Notes: generated from the sequence alone by a model not told the origin. A stretch of DNA of 64,000 nt from Schizochytrium sp. TIO01 (GCA_004764695.1 SMSO01000036.1:2542001-2606000), one strand, 5' to 3'; counted from the stretch's first letter, positions 10,333 through 24,480 are shown. Made by a program: numbers and translations.

Positions 10333-13132
10333 CTTCTCACAGGTGCATAGTAAGAACCTACCGGAAAGACTACCAGTGCGACCTGCTTTGGGCTACTGTG
10401 GTGCGAGGATACCCTTGTGTATGAAAGTCTATAACGTACTTGTGGAGTGGTATACCCGAGTGTAAAAAAGGTTATAACGCACTGTACAGCTTCTCCAGAA
10501 GGGCTTCTTAAGTAAGCTACATGAGAGAGGAGTGCAAAATCACCTTCATGCTTTCTTGAGGCAAGTCGAGCTCGATGATCGAAAAGTTGGCGTTGACCTT
10601 GACGTCGTATGTAGGGAGAAGTTGGCAAAGTTCAGACTTGAGGTCTCGCGATAAGGCAAATAAATACACATGGCACACACGCAAAAACGCGCACGAGAAA
10701 GGGGGTGTGCGATTTTTCATTTTTTTTTTGCGGTTGATCTTCGAAGTTGGCGAAGTGGTTACTGGCTTGAGATTGATTAGGCTTTTCATCGCGGAGATGA
10801 CCTATGCTTGATACAGACATCAGCTTCAAATGGACAAAAATAAAACATTGTTTAGTGCAATAGATCTTTGTCAATTCATTTCTCAACGACTCCAGTGTCT
10901 GAACTATGAGAAAGCTTCAGAATGAAGAGGAACGAACTTATTCTTAACCGATATGTTACAATCTCACAGATAGAGAATAAAAGCGCCGCCAGTAGTAGAT
11001 CACATGATACCTTGCATCATGGAGACTGGATATTCCCCTTTTATATCTTTCTCGCACTGATTGCGCCTTCCATAGGTTTCGTTGGTTTGCAGAGATGAAC
11101 TTTAGAGACTTCTTGTAGGTTAAACTAAATAAAAGCGTGCGACATTGGAATCCCTGCTCTCCACCCAACAACGCACTATGTGCTGCAGTTGATTGACTGA
11201 TCTCCACGATCAAAAGCTTTGTTTTCAAGACTAATGTCTATCGTTCTCTGAAACGGTAAGCTGCTGCGGCGAATATAAACTATCGAAAAACACGGTGTAT
11301 CTTTAGGACGTTTTGGATCTCCATCCATCTCTTTGTGGCGTTGAACAAGCTCAGTCGGGATCTAGATACGCCCGTGTCTGATAATTGGATTCTTTTTCTG
11401 TAGCATTGTAGATCGATGTGGTAAAGGTAAGTCTATCCCTGGCGGTATAAAGCATGATGTTTGCAGAGCAGAGCACACGTGGGTGCTACGAAAAACTGCG
11501 CACCCTGAATTTTGTTATGATTTCATTGAGCATGGCCATTCTCAAGTATTTTGACTAATTAACAGTGCGACTCCTGGAGTATGATAGCGATGATGATGAT
11601 GATGCACTGATCATACATAGGCCATCGATGGAGCAGAATGAAGCATTGGGGACCGACCCCAGAGATCATGTCTTGAGAATCCGCATGATGCTCGTGTCTC
11701 GAGACGTTCGTAGAATCTGTGCATCAGTCTGCAAAGATGGGGCTCATAGGTTTCGATCAGGTACTACACACCAGTTGTGCACTGGAAAGTACTTCTTGCT
11801 CGCCCAGAGGTGGAGGTGTCTTTGGTTCACATATGAGCTAGCGCAATAGAGAACGCAAGTGGTGGTGGCGATCGAGCTGCCTGCGTCGAGAACCATGTCT
11901 CTCTGCTGATACACCCCGCGCCCTCGCGAGTTTCAAGTTGTTCTCCACAGCTTAAATGCGCCGTGGGCCTAGTGTCGCGTCCGAGCAGGTCCTTTCAGAT
12001 CATCCCCAGCAATCTAATCTCGACTCACTGGCCGACTTTAGCCTTAGGCCCACTTACATCCACAATAATCTTGGCGCGAATGCCCCGACTTGAATACAAA
12101 AAGAGTTCAAGTTGTTTGTAAGCTGTCGAGCCACAGCATTGGACCAATCGAGCTGCTGTCGTAAGGTGTCTGCTAGATATGTTTGTTGTAAGGTGCGCTC
12201 GCTTTGGCTTGTGAACTTGGCTGGCGCCACATGAGCGAGTGGGTGGGTACTCCCAGTGCCTGCCTGCTTCAGAAAGAGCTCTGCTACCTACCTTCTTCTT
12301 CTCCGAGGCTGCAAGCGAACCGGTCGCCTCCAAGGCATACTGCAGACGCACAGTCGCCTCGAGCGAGTCCGTCAAACGTCAAAGACACCAGTCGAAGAAC
12401 AGAGGACCTCGAGTCCTATAGATCTCGTTCTCCGCAAGAATTCCAATTCTTCTTCACGGTTCTTCTCCAATTTCGATCAAAGAAGAAGTGAAAGAAAGAA
12501 AATGAAAGAAAGAAGAAGTGTGAAGGAGAGAAAGTGTGTGTGAGTTACGCTTCTTCGCCCATCAATCAAAGACCATCATGGAATATGTGCGTCTCTGGAG
12601 CACCGTTGGTCCCGCCGCCAGCGACGGTGCCAGCAACCACAGTGCTGCCATCGCGGCGTCATGAGCAGTGGCAATGAGAGCCTGGAGTCTTGGCGGCAGC
12701 GCTTAATAGGTACCTCACACTCACGCACCTGCACAGCCACCGTCAGAGGTTTACAATCATTATGTTCTTTTACTTAAAAACTTTTTGCTCTTATGAAGCC
12801 TATGCGATGCTAGTACTTACTTATACACTGAAGGGTTTTAATTATAACTTATTTTAAAGGGGGGTGGAGGTGACTGCTATGGAAAAGAGTAGAGGAGGGC
12901 TATTTCAGATAACAAGAAACTGAAAAGAAAATTTCAAGGAAAGCGAGTTTGTGGCGGAGAGAAAGAGCTTTTTTGGTTTTAACTTTAGTTAAAATAAAAG
13001 ATAAAAGACAGTAATAAGAAAGAGAGACAGAAATAAAGCAAAAGGAGGTTTCGCTTTTCCATCAGCGAATAACCAGTTTCTTGAATTTTGTGATTTCCCA
13101 GCACCCGACATCATCATCAGCGCTGATGGGTA

Positions 13133-13165
13133 TACATACATACATACATACATACATACATACAT
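13133..13165. repeat. (TACA)n microsatellite
   Basis: Tandem TACA units seen directly. Confidence 0.95.
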
Positions 13166-14912
13166 CACCATGGCAGCACGGGGTTTGAGTTTTCTGAGCC
13201 ACTTTAAGCTTGTAATGTGTATGATCCTGAATAACCAATCGCCTTGGATCGTCAGCCCAAGTTACCTTCTAAGCTTGCAAGAGCACAAGTTATTGTAAGC
13301 AAGGAGCAGGAAGAATTGATCGGAGTCAGCGGAGCGAGCGAAGAAAAAGAAAGTATCTTGCTCAACTTGTTGAACCTGACAACCTCATCATCCATAATTT
13401 TACTCGGATGATCGTTATTTGTTATCGCCACCATCATCAGCAGGTGGATAGGTAAATACATACCTTTCACCGAATAACGGCATGATGAACAGGAACTTCG
13501 AGTCCTAAATAGAGTTCACTCATGTGATCGAAACCCAATCGACATAGAAGGTACTACATAGTGTATATATCTTCTGGCTCGTTGAACTGGGAAACCTCGA
13601 GTCTTGGATACAAAAGCACCACGAACTCTTGCACGTAGTAACAAGCCTCACTGCAGTGCAGCTCTGTCGAACGACTTGAAGGAGAGGGGAAACACCAAGG
13701 TATTTCCACTAAATCAGGTCTTGAGTTTGGTAACCGCTTCGATTGCCCGATTCCATCATCTTGAGACAAACAAATCGAGCAAGTGGTCTTGAACTTGAAA
13801 CACACACTCAATCATATTCATGATTTGGAAAGACTAGACGTACCTACGAAGTAATTTTTAGAGAGGTAATAATAGGTACTTTGGGTACCCATGCCCGGCC
13901 TCGTTCTCTCGTTCCTCTTCTTGGTGTTCCTAATCTTCGTCTATTACTTTTCAGATCCAGACTCCCACACAAAGAGGAGGGCCATGGTCCTCGAGATCTC
14001 CATTGTATCCTCCTGAAGATGTAGCTTGCTACTTCCTTCGCTCGCACGTGCTCTCTGACTGTTCTGTTCACCTTTCCCTTCGCTCGTGCCTTCACGCATT
14101 CACTCGCTCTCTCACTTTGTTTCTTTATTTCTTTATTTCTTTATTTCTCTCTTTCAAAGTTCTTTCCTTTTCACAGTGATTCTCTCTTTTTCAGACACAT
14201 TCAGTCTCCAATCTCTGATTCACCCCGCCACAGGCCCTGCCCGCCCCAAAGTCTAGCTCACAGAACTGCTTTGGCGGCCACTCCAGGCACCTCAGGCCGG
14301 TCTGGGGAGCCCTGACCGCCTTGGCGTCCTCTTGAAAACCTTGAAGCTTCTCTGCAGCGGCATTTCGTTCGCGGCGTACGGTGAGTGAGCAAGCACGTGC
14401 AACGTGTGCACGGATCGTCGTGCTCTAGGTCTTTGCGACATTCTCACGTGCGAGCACGGGAGGAGTTGAGTGGCGAACGAAGAGCTCGCTGTACTGGAGT
14501 CAGGACGTGGAGGAGTACCGCTGGAGTAGTGGCTAGTTGTATTGGCTTACACGAAGGCTTTTCGTACGTCGTGGAAGTAAAAGGTCAGCGAAGTTAGGAG
14601 GTGGGGCGCCACGTTTCTTTTGGTTGTAACTTCTGCTCGGGCACATACTATTACTGCTACCTCGTCGTATTTTCCTGTTGCATACAAAGCGAAAAGCGTT
14701 GAGGAGACAGAGAACCTTGGCAAAGGTAAATTGAGACGCTCGGATTGTGTGAAACAGCGAAGAAGCTAATTATCGTTTTAAGCGAGGGGAGAAGCTATTA
14801 TATTCCTTTGGACACGCCGGCTTGCTGCTGGCTGTGTGTCGCAACAACTGAAAGCTTGCCAATAGGGTCCCACGCCGATTGTACTGGCGTAGGAAAACCA
14901 TCGAGCAACACA

Positions 14913-17900
14913 ATGGGATCTGGAAAGGCCAATGATCCAGCAAATGCTGTGCGGCGGAGATCCTCACGAAAAAGTCACAGCAAGAAGAATGAGGATGCTG
15001 AAGGAGGAAATGTTGCCGCAGATGTTGAAGCAGAACTGGAGGCCTTGCGACAACGCAATGCAGAACTCGAGGATCAATTGCGTGAAGCAGAAGCTGAGAT
15101 CGACTCAAACAGAGTATTGTCACTTGGACGCGACTCGGCATCCCGTGCATCCTTAGCATTACAACCCCCACAAGGAAAACAACGCAGTCGCTCTGTAGCT
15201 GTTAGCATGCCCTTCAAACCACAGAGGCGAGCCACAGAATCGTACCAGGCTACACGCGACCGTATAAGTTCTTCTCATGATGGACACGAACTAAATAGTT
15301 CAGGGGATATGACCTTTGTGGAACGGCGTCGATCTGCAGGAGCACCGGCTTATTCACGTAACACACGACCTGCTTCGTTTGGTGGAATTCCTACGGATAT
15401 GTTGGCAGAACAAATTGGATCGTCTGAGTCAGGTGCCCCTATGCGTCGCAGTGCAAACATTCAGTCCCGTATCAATAACACTGTGAGGAAGCAGCTTGCG
15501 GATCTTCTTGATCGGCAGCGAGAAGGCTACCGAGAGCGACCTCTTTCTGGCGTTGGGCTCCGTTTAGATGCTAGTGAAGGTGGGGTGGCTCCCGCGCCGC
15601 TCGGGGCTTTTCAACATGGCTCGACAGTTACAAATTCACCGCTGCCGGGTACCTCTGTAGAACATACATCTACTGCAACTATCCCAGCACGGCGAAAGAG
15701 TGCCCGCGGATCGCTGTTGGGCCTTGGTGCTCGTAAACGGCGTGAGTCAAAGCACCCTGAACTCTATTTGGGCGAAACACATGTGAACCTTGAAGGTACA
15801 GGCGAGGGTGAGAACGAAGAGGAGGATGAGGAAGACGATGACATTGAAGGTTCCCATCGTAGGCTCATCTTAAGTCCAAGTGTGAATTACGATGATGTTG
15901 TGGATGAGCAAGTTAGTGACACCACAGATGGGCAACGTTCTAGAGGCCGGGGTCGCTCGAGTACATCCGATACGCGAGATTTAGTTGATGAACGGCTCAG
16001 TAGCCTGGAAGAGTTCAGTGGCGAAGAAGACGACGATGTGCATGATGCAGAAATTGAGAACCGGCATGCCAATAGTAATACAACCAGCCGTAAGAAGTCC
16101 AACATAACATCGAAAAAGGGACAAACGCACACATTACAAGAAAGAACAAGCGCACATGGTAAAACGGCCAATGATCATGCAGAGAATGGATCTGACAATG
16201 ATGAGGATGATGAGAACGACCAAGACGAAGAAATTGAGGCTGCTCGTGAGAGTTTTCGCACTCCGCGACTCTCACGGCAAACATCATCTCGTATGACATC
16301 GTTTATGGTAAATGTTTCACGTTTTCTTACCGCATATCATAAGACTGTTAAGAAAGATGAATCAAAAGCCAAAGCAAAACGCCAGAAACAACATCGACAG
16401 CAATCTATGCGTCTCGGTAATCTTATTCACTACTTGCCTCGTGGCGGTGTCGTAATTCAAACTACTATTGGCTATGTACAATTTGGCATGCCTCCCGAGA
16501 CCGTTAAAGATAGTATGACGATGGGCCTGGAGGTGCCGGAAATCTATGTGGTACCCCGCGAGCGCTTCAACTTAAGTGCAGGGGTCAACGTCTGTGAGAT
16601 CGAGTTCCCAGCATTTTTCAATTTTTTTATTCGGCGCCGAAAGACAACGCTTGTCACACATCGTGAGGCCTATGAAGATCTCCTCATTATTATGACTGAG
16701 GCTCTCAATGGACCTCCAGAGGAATTTCTCTTCGCAGACAAGGAATATTCTGATTTCTGTCCTGACAGTGTTCGTGCCGCATGCCCAGATCATGCGGCCG
16801 AGATATTTCACTTCCGTGCCCCTAATCGTAAACCTGGGCAAAACGAGAACTTGCACATGCTCGATATTGACATGCTGCTTGAATTCAAGTTCTTTGATGC
16901 CTATGGCGTCTGCGATCTTGGAAATGGTGTGATGGTCTTTGACGACGAAGAAAACGTCCGGTTTTGAGCTGGTAGATGCCAAAATGCAAGAAGCTCTCTT
17001 ATCACAGAGCACTTCCTCGGATGACGAAAATAATGCTGTGCATGAGGATGCGGGTGTCCTTGTGCCCTATCGAGTTGCCGAGTCGTGTACAGTGCCCATC
17101 AGTGGAGGTCTTGTTCCTCGTATGGGTATGGATCTCACACCTACTGGAATGAGCCCATCCCCAAGTGAGCATGGCACCGGTTTGCCTGCGCCTTTTCGCA
17201 AAACGCCATCCCAGGATTCTCTCTTGCAAGAAGCTCGGGCCCGAGCGTCGATGAGTAATGGACCACGCACAAACCTTCTCAAAATGGGAGGAGGCCGTAA
17301 CAAATCGATGGCTCCTAGTGTGAATAATTTTAGACATAGTCCCTCTCTGGTGAGCGCAAGTGCGAGCTTGATGCACCGTCCATCCATGTCAATGCCACCC
17401 ACTGGTTCTTTTATAATTCCCAAATTTGGACTCACCGTTTTGGGGAATTCTCATGGATTTGACAAGAATGGATCAACTTCGGGCTTTGTACTTTGGGTGA
17501 ATGGACAAGGTGTCATGGTAGATCCACCTCCACACTCCACTTCGCTTCTTTTTGAGGCTGGCATACCCCCAAACTCAATTACCGCTCTTATACTCACGCA
17601 TTGCCATGCTGATCATGATGCTGGTACATTTCAAAAGATGATCACTGAGCACAAGATCACGTTGATGACCACGACTACAATTTTCGAAAGCTTCAAGCGT
17701 AAGTACGCAGCAGTATCGGGTCTTAAGCCCGAGTTCATTGAGCAGCTTGTCAACTTTCGCCCTGTCTTCCTTGAAGAGCCGAACTATTGGAATGGTGCGA
17801 GTATAAGGTTCTTTTATTCGCTTCACTCTATCCCATGTGTAGGGTTTCAAGCGACTTTTGAAGGCAAGGATGTGGTCTATTCTGCAGATACCTTTTACGA

Positions 17901-19173
17901 TCCCGATGGCATGCGGCGCATGCACGAAGACGGTATCCTAAGCGAAGCTCGATTAAATGCGCTGCTGAGTTTTCCGTGGCACTGCGATGTTGTATTGCAC
18001 GAAGCTGGTGTACCTCCAATCCACACCCCTTTGGAAGCTTTAGCCACGGTGCCTGATCATTTGAAAAAGAATGTGCGACTGATCCATATTGATGGTAACG
18101 CTGCTGCACGCGCAGCAAAGCTTGGTTTTCGCATTGCTGAGGCTGGTGTAGATAACACAATTGTGTTGATTCCTCGGGGTGAAGACCAGGAGATGCTTAA
18201 ATTCCTTCAGTTGATTGGTTCAATTGAAATCTTTCGTCACTTTGAGGTTGCACAGGCTATCGATCTTATGTTGATGGCTCGTGAGGTGTTTTTTCCTAAC
18301 GGTGGCCTCATGCTAGAAAAAGGTACAGTAGATGAGCGATTTATGATCATTCTTGAGGGGCGTGCTATTGTCCAGGTAGATGAGATGCGCAAGTTTTACC
18401 GGGCTGGCGACTTTCTTGGCGAATTAGCGGCCTGGAAGCAGTCGCGCATGATTAAGGAGAAATCCCGCATGGGTTTACTAGATAGAGGTCATGGAAGTCA
18501 CAACGGAAGTTTCATCAGTCAACATGGACGAGACTTATCTGCAAGTGAGTCTTCATCTTCAGAGGAGAGTGAGGAAGACACTGCTCGTGAAGAGGGCGAA
18601 ATGCTATTTATTGACGACCAGATTGTTAAGGAAACTGTCATCGCGGAGACGGACGTGCGTGCAATGGTGATTGACAAATACGCTCTGAATTATTTGCTCA
18701 TGAACGATCCGATTCTACGTGACCGCCTGGAGATTATGATTCATGCCCGCCTCGATGGATCGTGGGAGGCCATCTCACTAAATACTCGTCTTCGTCTCCT
18801 TTCATCAATGCAAAAAACCCAGCTCCAAGGTCTACTGTCTACGCAGCGACTCAAGCGTGGTGATAAGTTGTGGCGCCGTGGGGATCCTGTTGATGTGGCA
18901 GTTCTGATCGCACGAGGAACCCTCATTTTCGAAGAAGTCCATGGACCTGTAGAGAGTGCGGACCTATCGGCATCTACGCATGCACCACTTTCTCCCGGCA
19001 TGCTCATCTTTGATTACTATGGCTGTCACCATCAGCGTGCCATTACTACAACCTTGGTGTGTCTGTCCGAGACTGCCTCGATTTTTGTGATTGACTCAAT
19101 TTCGATGATGCACTTTTTAGATCGCAATCCGATGATTTTGCTTGCACTCCTCAAGTCGCCTATCCTCATTTAA
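14913..19173 (+). CDS. Cyclic-nucleotide-binding metallo-beta-lactamase-fold phosphodiesterase (Dictyostelium PdeD/PdeE-like), split by a 1-nt frameshift at 16962-16967
   Basis: ORF1 has 'LPRGGVVIQTTIGYVQFGMPPETVKD...EIEFPAFFNFF'. ORF2 has 'LGNSHGFD...SGFVLWVNGQGVMVDPP', metal motif 'THCHADHDAG', 'SLHSIPC', 'YSADT', 'HEAGVPPIHT', then two cNMP-binding-like domains ('GDFLGELA'; 'RGDKLWRRGDPV'). Confidence 0.8.
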
Positions 19174-19821
19174 GTGTGCTAGCTTTTTTTCATTTTATGT
19201 AAAACCCTCCCCCCACTCCTTTTTCCTTCTCTGATGCAGTTCCATCATTGTTCCATCAACATTACTGTTTACATATTATTGCTCGTTGTTGCTATATACT
19301 CATCAAAATGTTTGCAACTAAACGGGCGCCTTTATATCTCTCCCATCTTTCATGGGTGGCATGTTCTTCACATGCTCTGAGTCTTTCTGCTCCTCTTTGG
19401 TAGTACCTACCTAGGTACCGCATCGGCACCTGCTATAACTCTGATAACTAATATTGCAGGAGGGAGGAGGCACTCGGCTCCAGAATGAACGCATTTCCTC
19501 AACGAGTAATACTTTCACTAGTAAACGTATACTACCCTAGGCACGACCTTTATTTTCAATGATGTTGTTTTTGTTGTAGTATATGCTGTCACTTGGGACC
19601 ATGAACAAGCTGTCGCGCGGCTTTTAAAGATCGTCTGCATGTAGCTAACTCGGAGCTATGCCATGTGAGCAAGATTCTCGGCCAGCGCATGCGCTCCAAC
19701 GCTTTCTGAGCGTAGTACCCTGCGCTGCTGGCTCGGCACCATCTCTTCTTTTCCGAGTTCCCTCCCGGGCCCAAATTGATAATACCGTGCTATCCGGCAA
19801 AGCTCTCTCAGCCGATCATTT

Positions 19822-19860
19822 ATTCATTCATTCATTCATTCATTCATTCATTCATTCATT
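19822..19860. repeat. (ATTC)n microsatellite
   Basis: Tandem ATTC units seen directly. Confidence 0.95.
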
Positions 19861-22157
19861 AGTTTTGCTCGCACGCATGAAGCACTGCTCGGTGATGTGC
19901 GAGGAGTTCTTCGATCGCCTCCAATTTGCTTTCCCAGGCACCTTTATGCTGTTTCTGCCCATATTTACGCTACGAGTGCGCCTGCTCCAAACAAGCGGTG
20001 TCGTCTCAGAGTTGCGGCCCATGCAATAGCCATGTCCTTGCGATGAGCCCTTTCTCTCAACGCATTTCACTTCCTTCGCATCGTTCGCGCACCAATTCCA
20101 TTCTTGTCCAGCTTTACAAATGTCTCCCATTCCTCTCATCGCCACTGCTAGCAGCTATCGAGGGAATACCCTAGGAGGCCCTAGCTGTTACCAATCGAGG
20201 TCTATTGCTTCTGTAACATTTCCATAACTCACAATTTTTAAATAAAATAAGAATATAAATCAGGTTGCAGAATCGCCTCTGAACGCTAGCATGTTCATGC
20301 CTAGCTCATAAGTAACTGGGGCCTCGGTGCCTCTACGCACTCCATTCGTCGCGTAGTGATTGCTCAACACGGACGAAAGTTCATGTGTGCGGTTTGACTT
20401 GAGTTTTGGCCAAGAGTTGCAAGTTTACAAGATTTTTTCACAATACTAATGACTATTATTAGCAGCAGTACTATTGTTTTTAATTTAAAACAATTGAAAG
20501 TTCTATCTCTCTCTAGAGTGAAATAATAGCTGTAGGTAAGTAGGCACGTAAGTGTTTCTTAGGTGGCTCTAGAGGCACTCTTAGTCAGGCATGAAAGAAG
20601 AGGCACTCCGCGGCTTCTCGCACGGCTTCCTAAGTTGACTAAAAATGAATGACGTCCTGACCAGTAAGCCTGATGACACTGCTACAATTTGCCAGCGCAG
20701 TTGCTTTCAGTTGGGTTCATTCGCTCAGGTATCCATCCACCTGGCCAAGATGGCACAGCACGCGAAACATGAACTTCATTCGAGATGACGCAAGCAAGCA
20801 ATTGCCGTGGGCCTTTATTTTATTTTATTTTATTTTACCTGCATGAAGAACTTGAAGTGAGTCGAATTCACAGCTAGCTCTTCGCATGCGTGTAATACGC
20901 GAGGGTGGCAACCGGGAGGCAGCCTAACCTTCCAAAGGACCGCCGATCCGGCAACATTCACCTCTCGAGGGCACGCACTCACTGACCTTATCTTGGTCTT
21001 CAGCTCTTGGAGCGCCTCTCTTCAAGAATCGAGACGAAACCATCGTTTGCTTTCATCTCGAGTTCTCTAGCACCCTAGCGCCACCTACCACCACCGTAGG
21101 ACTCTAAGTTCTGCCGCTTCCTTTATCTAAGAAGAGAAAGGAACAGAAGAATGAAAGAAGAAAGGAGAAGGAAGAGGATAAATAAATAAATAATACTATG
21201 ACGAGAAAGATCTTTTTTTCTTTTCCCAATCTGCATTACATTCATTATTTATGCCTCTTTTCTCACCTCCACCTCACTCCTAAAGGCCTCGTATCCTTAA
21301 CCGTAGAACGGCCCTCGGAGGCCTCGGAAGCAGCGGCCAGGGATAGTCCACTTGCAGCAAGTGGGTTATTGGGGAACCGCAAGTGGGTTATAGAAGTATA
21401 GTTCATAGTATATTTGGTTCACCCACTGTGGCGGCGCACCTGTCTAGAGCCGCCCTCAGTGCACTGCACGCCGCCGCGACCATCGTCTCGGCCCAGACTG
21501 CAATTGCGATTGAGGTAGGTCTTGTGCGGCGCGAGGGCGCGGCAGCGCCTTCAGGTTTCCGCCAGGTTGCGGGTGTCTCGGAGGGGTGTCGGACCTGTGA
21601 GAACGCAGAGGCTGGCTCTTGAAGGCTGCGACGCTCTGATGTACTAGCAGCAGCGCTGACAGCCACAAGGAGGGCAAGAAGGTGCTCGGAACACGCGTCA
21701 TAAATTGTGTTTAGGCCTAAAGAGCTGAGTCGTGAGGGTGTAATGATTGTTGAAGGCATGTAAAACCAAAACACTAACGTGTAGAACCTGCGAACTTGCA
21801 CTACTACATTGTTGATGCGATATTGAACTCCTTTGTGCTTCTGTTGTTGTTATTGTTGTTGTTGTTGTTGACTATTATTTTTTGTCTGTGAATTCTTTTC
21901 GTCGCAACACCCGGGCTACTGTTGCTACTGCTGCTGCTGTCTCCGGTCGTGAATTTGGTGCTCCGTGTGCGGTACTATAACTACCTATCACCTTTACATT
22001 TACGTTTGTCTGGTCTTCTGGTCACGGGTGTTTTCTTTTTGGCGTTGAATTGCATTATCTTGCTCCCGTACCTCTACATCTCTGGCGCATAAAAACGTGT
22101 AAACGATCCACAGCTAGACACTAGCGAGACAAACATAGTAATCCCCTTTATTCAACC

Positions 22158-23603
22158 ATGAGCAAGCCTGTTAGGTACGCCGCCGACAATGTCGAGAACC
22201 GGCCTCTCAAGATCACCAACACAATGCCCGTGTATGACTCTGTCGCGGACTTGAACCCGTACTTTGGTGAGTTCGGTGGCCGCTACCTCCCCGCAACCCT
22301 CGAGGATGCCCACGAGCAGCTTGAGCAGATCTACGTTCAGGCTTCCCAGGACCCCGAGTTTCAACTGGAGCTTGAGCAGCTTGGCCGCGACTACGTTGGC
22401 CGCCCCACCCCGCTGTACTTCGCTGAGCGCCTCACAAAGCGCATGGGCGGTGCGAAGATCTACCTCAAGCGTGAGGACCTCTGCCACACCGGTGCTCACA
22501 AGATTAACAACGCTCTCGGACAGTGCCTTCTCGCCAAGCGCATTGGCAAGGAGCGTATCATTGCTGAGACTGGTGCTGGTCAGCATGGTGTCGCAACCGC
22601 CACTGCCTGTGCTCTTCTCAACCTTGACTGTACCGTGTACATGGGTGAGGAGGACATGCGTCGCCAGGCGCTTAACGTTTTCCGCATGAAGATCCTTGGT
22701 GCTAAGGTCATTGGTGTCTCCAGTGGTACTAAGACCCTCAAGGATGCCGTCAATGAGGCCATGCGCGACTGGGTCACCAACGTCCGCAACACCCACTACA
22801 TTATCGGTTCTGCCATTGGCCCTCACCCGTTCCCCACGATCGTGCGTGACTTCCAGTGCGTCATCGGTAACGAGACCAAGGACCAGTCCTTGACCCAGCT
22901 CGGACGTCTCCCTGACATGGTCTGCGCTTGCGTCGGCGGTGGCTCCAACGCCATCGGCATGTTCTACCCGTTCAAGGATGACAAGGAGGTCGCTATCCTC
23001 GGTGTCGAGGCCGGCGGTTCTGGTGTTGACACCGACGAGCACTGCGCCACCCTCTCTGCCGGCACACCCGGTGTTCTCCACGGAACTCGTACATACCTCT
23101 TGCAGCACGATGGCCAGATTACTGAGACTCACTCCATCTCTGCTGGACTCGACTACCCTGGCGTTGGACCTGAGCACGCCCACTTCAAGGCCTCTGGTCG
23201 CGCAGAGTACGTTAGTTGCACAGATAAAGAAGCTCTCGAGGGTCTCCAGCTCCTTTCGGAGTGCGAGGGTATCATCCCGGCGCTCGAGTCTTCGCATGCA
23301 ATTTACACCGCATGCCAGCGCGCCAAGACCATGCCTGCCGACAAGGTCATTGTGATCAGTCTCTCTGGACGTGGTGACAAGGATATGGAGTCCGTGGCCA
23401 AGGCCATGGGCGTCGATCTTGGTGTGATGTCTCTCCACGAGATGTCCATCAAGGAGAAGCGCGCCAGCGAAGCTGACAAGGCGGGCCTTGAGAACACCAG
23501 CTTTACTGTTGGTGAGCAGTCTTTTGTGACTGATGACGAGACCCTCAAGGGCAAGTCTTTCGAGACCATGGCCGAGATGGTTGCCTATGTGAAGTCCCTC
23601 TAA
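22158..23603 (+). CDS. trpB: Tryptophan synthase beta chain, stand-alone, with a C-terminal extension
   Basis: 'YFGEFGGRY', PLP lysine motif '[15 protein letters not shown]', 'AETGAGQHG', '[10 protein letters not shown]', '[15 protein letters not shown]', 'PALESSHA' and 'LSGRGDKD'. Strong codon bias. Confidence 0.97.
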   Translation: MSKPVRYAADNVENRPLKITNTMPVYDSVADLNPYFGEFGGRYLPATLEDAHEQLEQIYVQASQDPEFQLELEQLGRDYVGRPTPLYFAERLTKRMGGAKIYLKREDLCHTGAHKINNALGQCLLAKRIGKERIIAETGAGQHGVATATACALLNLDCTVYMGEEDMRRQALNVFRMKILGAKVIGVSSGTKTLKDAVNEAMRDWVTNVRNTHYIIGSAIGPHPFPTIVRDFQCVIGNETKDQSLTQLGRLPDMVCACVGGGSNAIGMFYPFKDDKEVAILGVEAGGSGVDTDEHCATLSAGTPGVLHGTRTYLLQHDGQITETHSISAGLDYPGVGPEHAHFKASGRAEYVSCTDKEALEGLQLLSECEGIIPALESSHAIYTACQRAKTMPADKVIVISLSGRGDKDMESVAKAMGVDLGVMSLHEMSIKEKRASEADKAGLENTSFTVGEQSFVTDDETLKGKSFETMAEMVAYVKSL

Positions 23604-24480
23604 ATGCTTTGATTTCAACCCTCTGATTAGGAGAAGAGCTGAGTAGCAGCATCATATTTCCTGCTATAGCTGCTCTTTTCGTCGTCTCCCGTTTCCCCTT
23701 TCAAAGGCAGACCTAGATAGTTTTGCCTGTTTTTACGTATCACTGATGTGCGCTCGATAATAAACCTACTTCTATTTTCTGATTGCTCTTTTTACCTCGT
23801 TTGTTTGATTAAGGTTTTGCATTTGATGATCTTGTAAATGTTGGTGACTGACTTACAACTCTAGGAGTCGTTTTCCCCTGTACTTTGATGGCCTCATGGT
23901 TCTTGATACGTAGTAGTTCGTGGCACGTGGGATCCAAAGAAACGAAGAAAAAAGGAACAACTCTAATCTTAACATCCAACCAAACGTGGCTAGAATGAAC
24001 TAAAACTATCATGGTTCGATTTTGTGATCGTGATCTACGAAAACGAAGAGACACCCTTACCATTTTACATAACTAATTTTTAAGTGCTAGGCTCACTAGT
24101 AATAGTTTTAAGAGCTCCTCTTCGTTTTCCTCAAGGGAATCCAGTTGGGATCGGTTGGCTGTGATGATCCCAGTAATTTTCACCTATAGCGTCTACACCC
24201 TCTTGGTCTCACCTTCTCTCTAGCTAGGTAGGCTGGCAACTACTTTCATGCCTCCTTCATATGATGAGGATGGGCTACGATGACATAGCCCTCTTACTCG
24301 GCAGAAGCTACTCCAGTCAATCCTTTGACATGACAGTGGGTAGGAACTCACGCCAAACTAAACTATCACTGATAATAACACAAGTGTTTCATACGAAGCA
24401 GGCAGACACCGAAAAATATCTTGCAGCCTGAGATAATATCCAATTTCCCACATTTCTTTTTTGGACCCTACTACTACACA

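Noticed and set aside
10956-11228. 'RTLLFSLTYKKSLKF' resembles an ABCC transporter membrane-domain motif
   Set aside because: One short match with no further ABC motifs; at best an unrecognisable relic.
11560-13800. GC-richer patches with short ORFs
   Set aside because: Interrupted by stops, and no family could be recognised.
22152-23618. 488-aa antisense ORF over trpB, and similar ones over INO1, eIF2A, NOG1, TAF9 and the PKS (e.g. 54315..56075, 50199..51629, 5670..6992)
   Set aside because: Shadow frames caused by strong codon bias or low complexity of the sense genes; no recognisable motifs.
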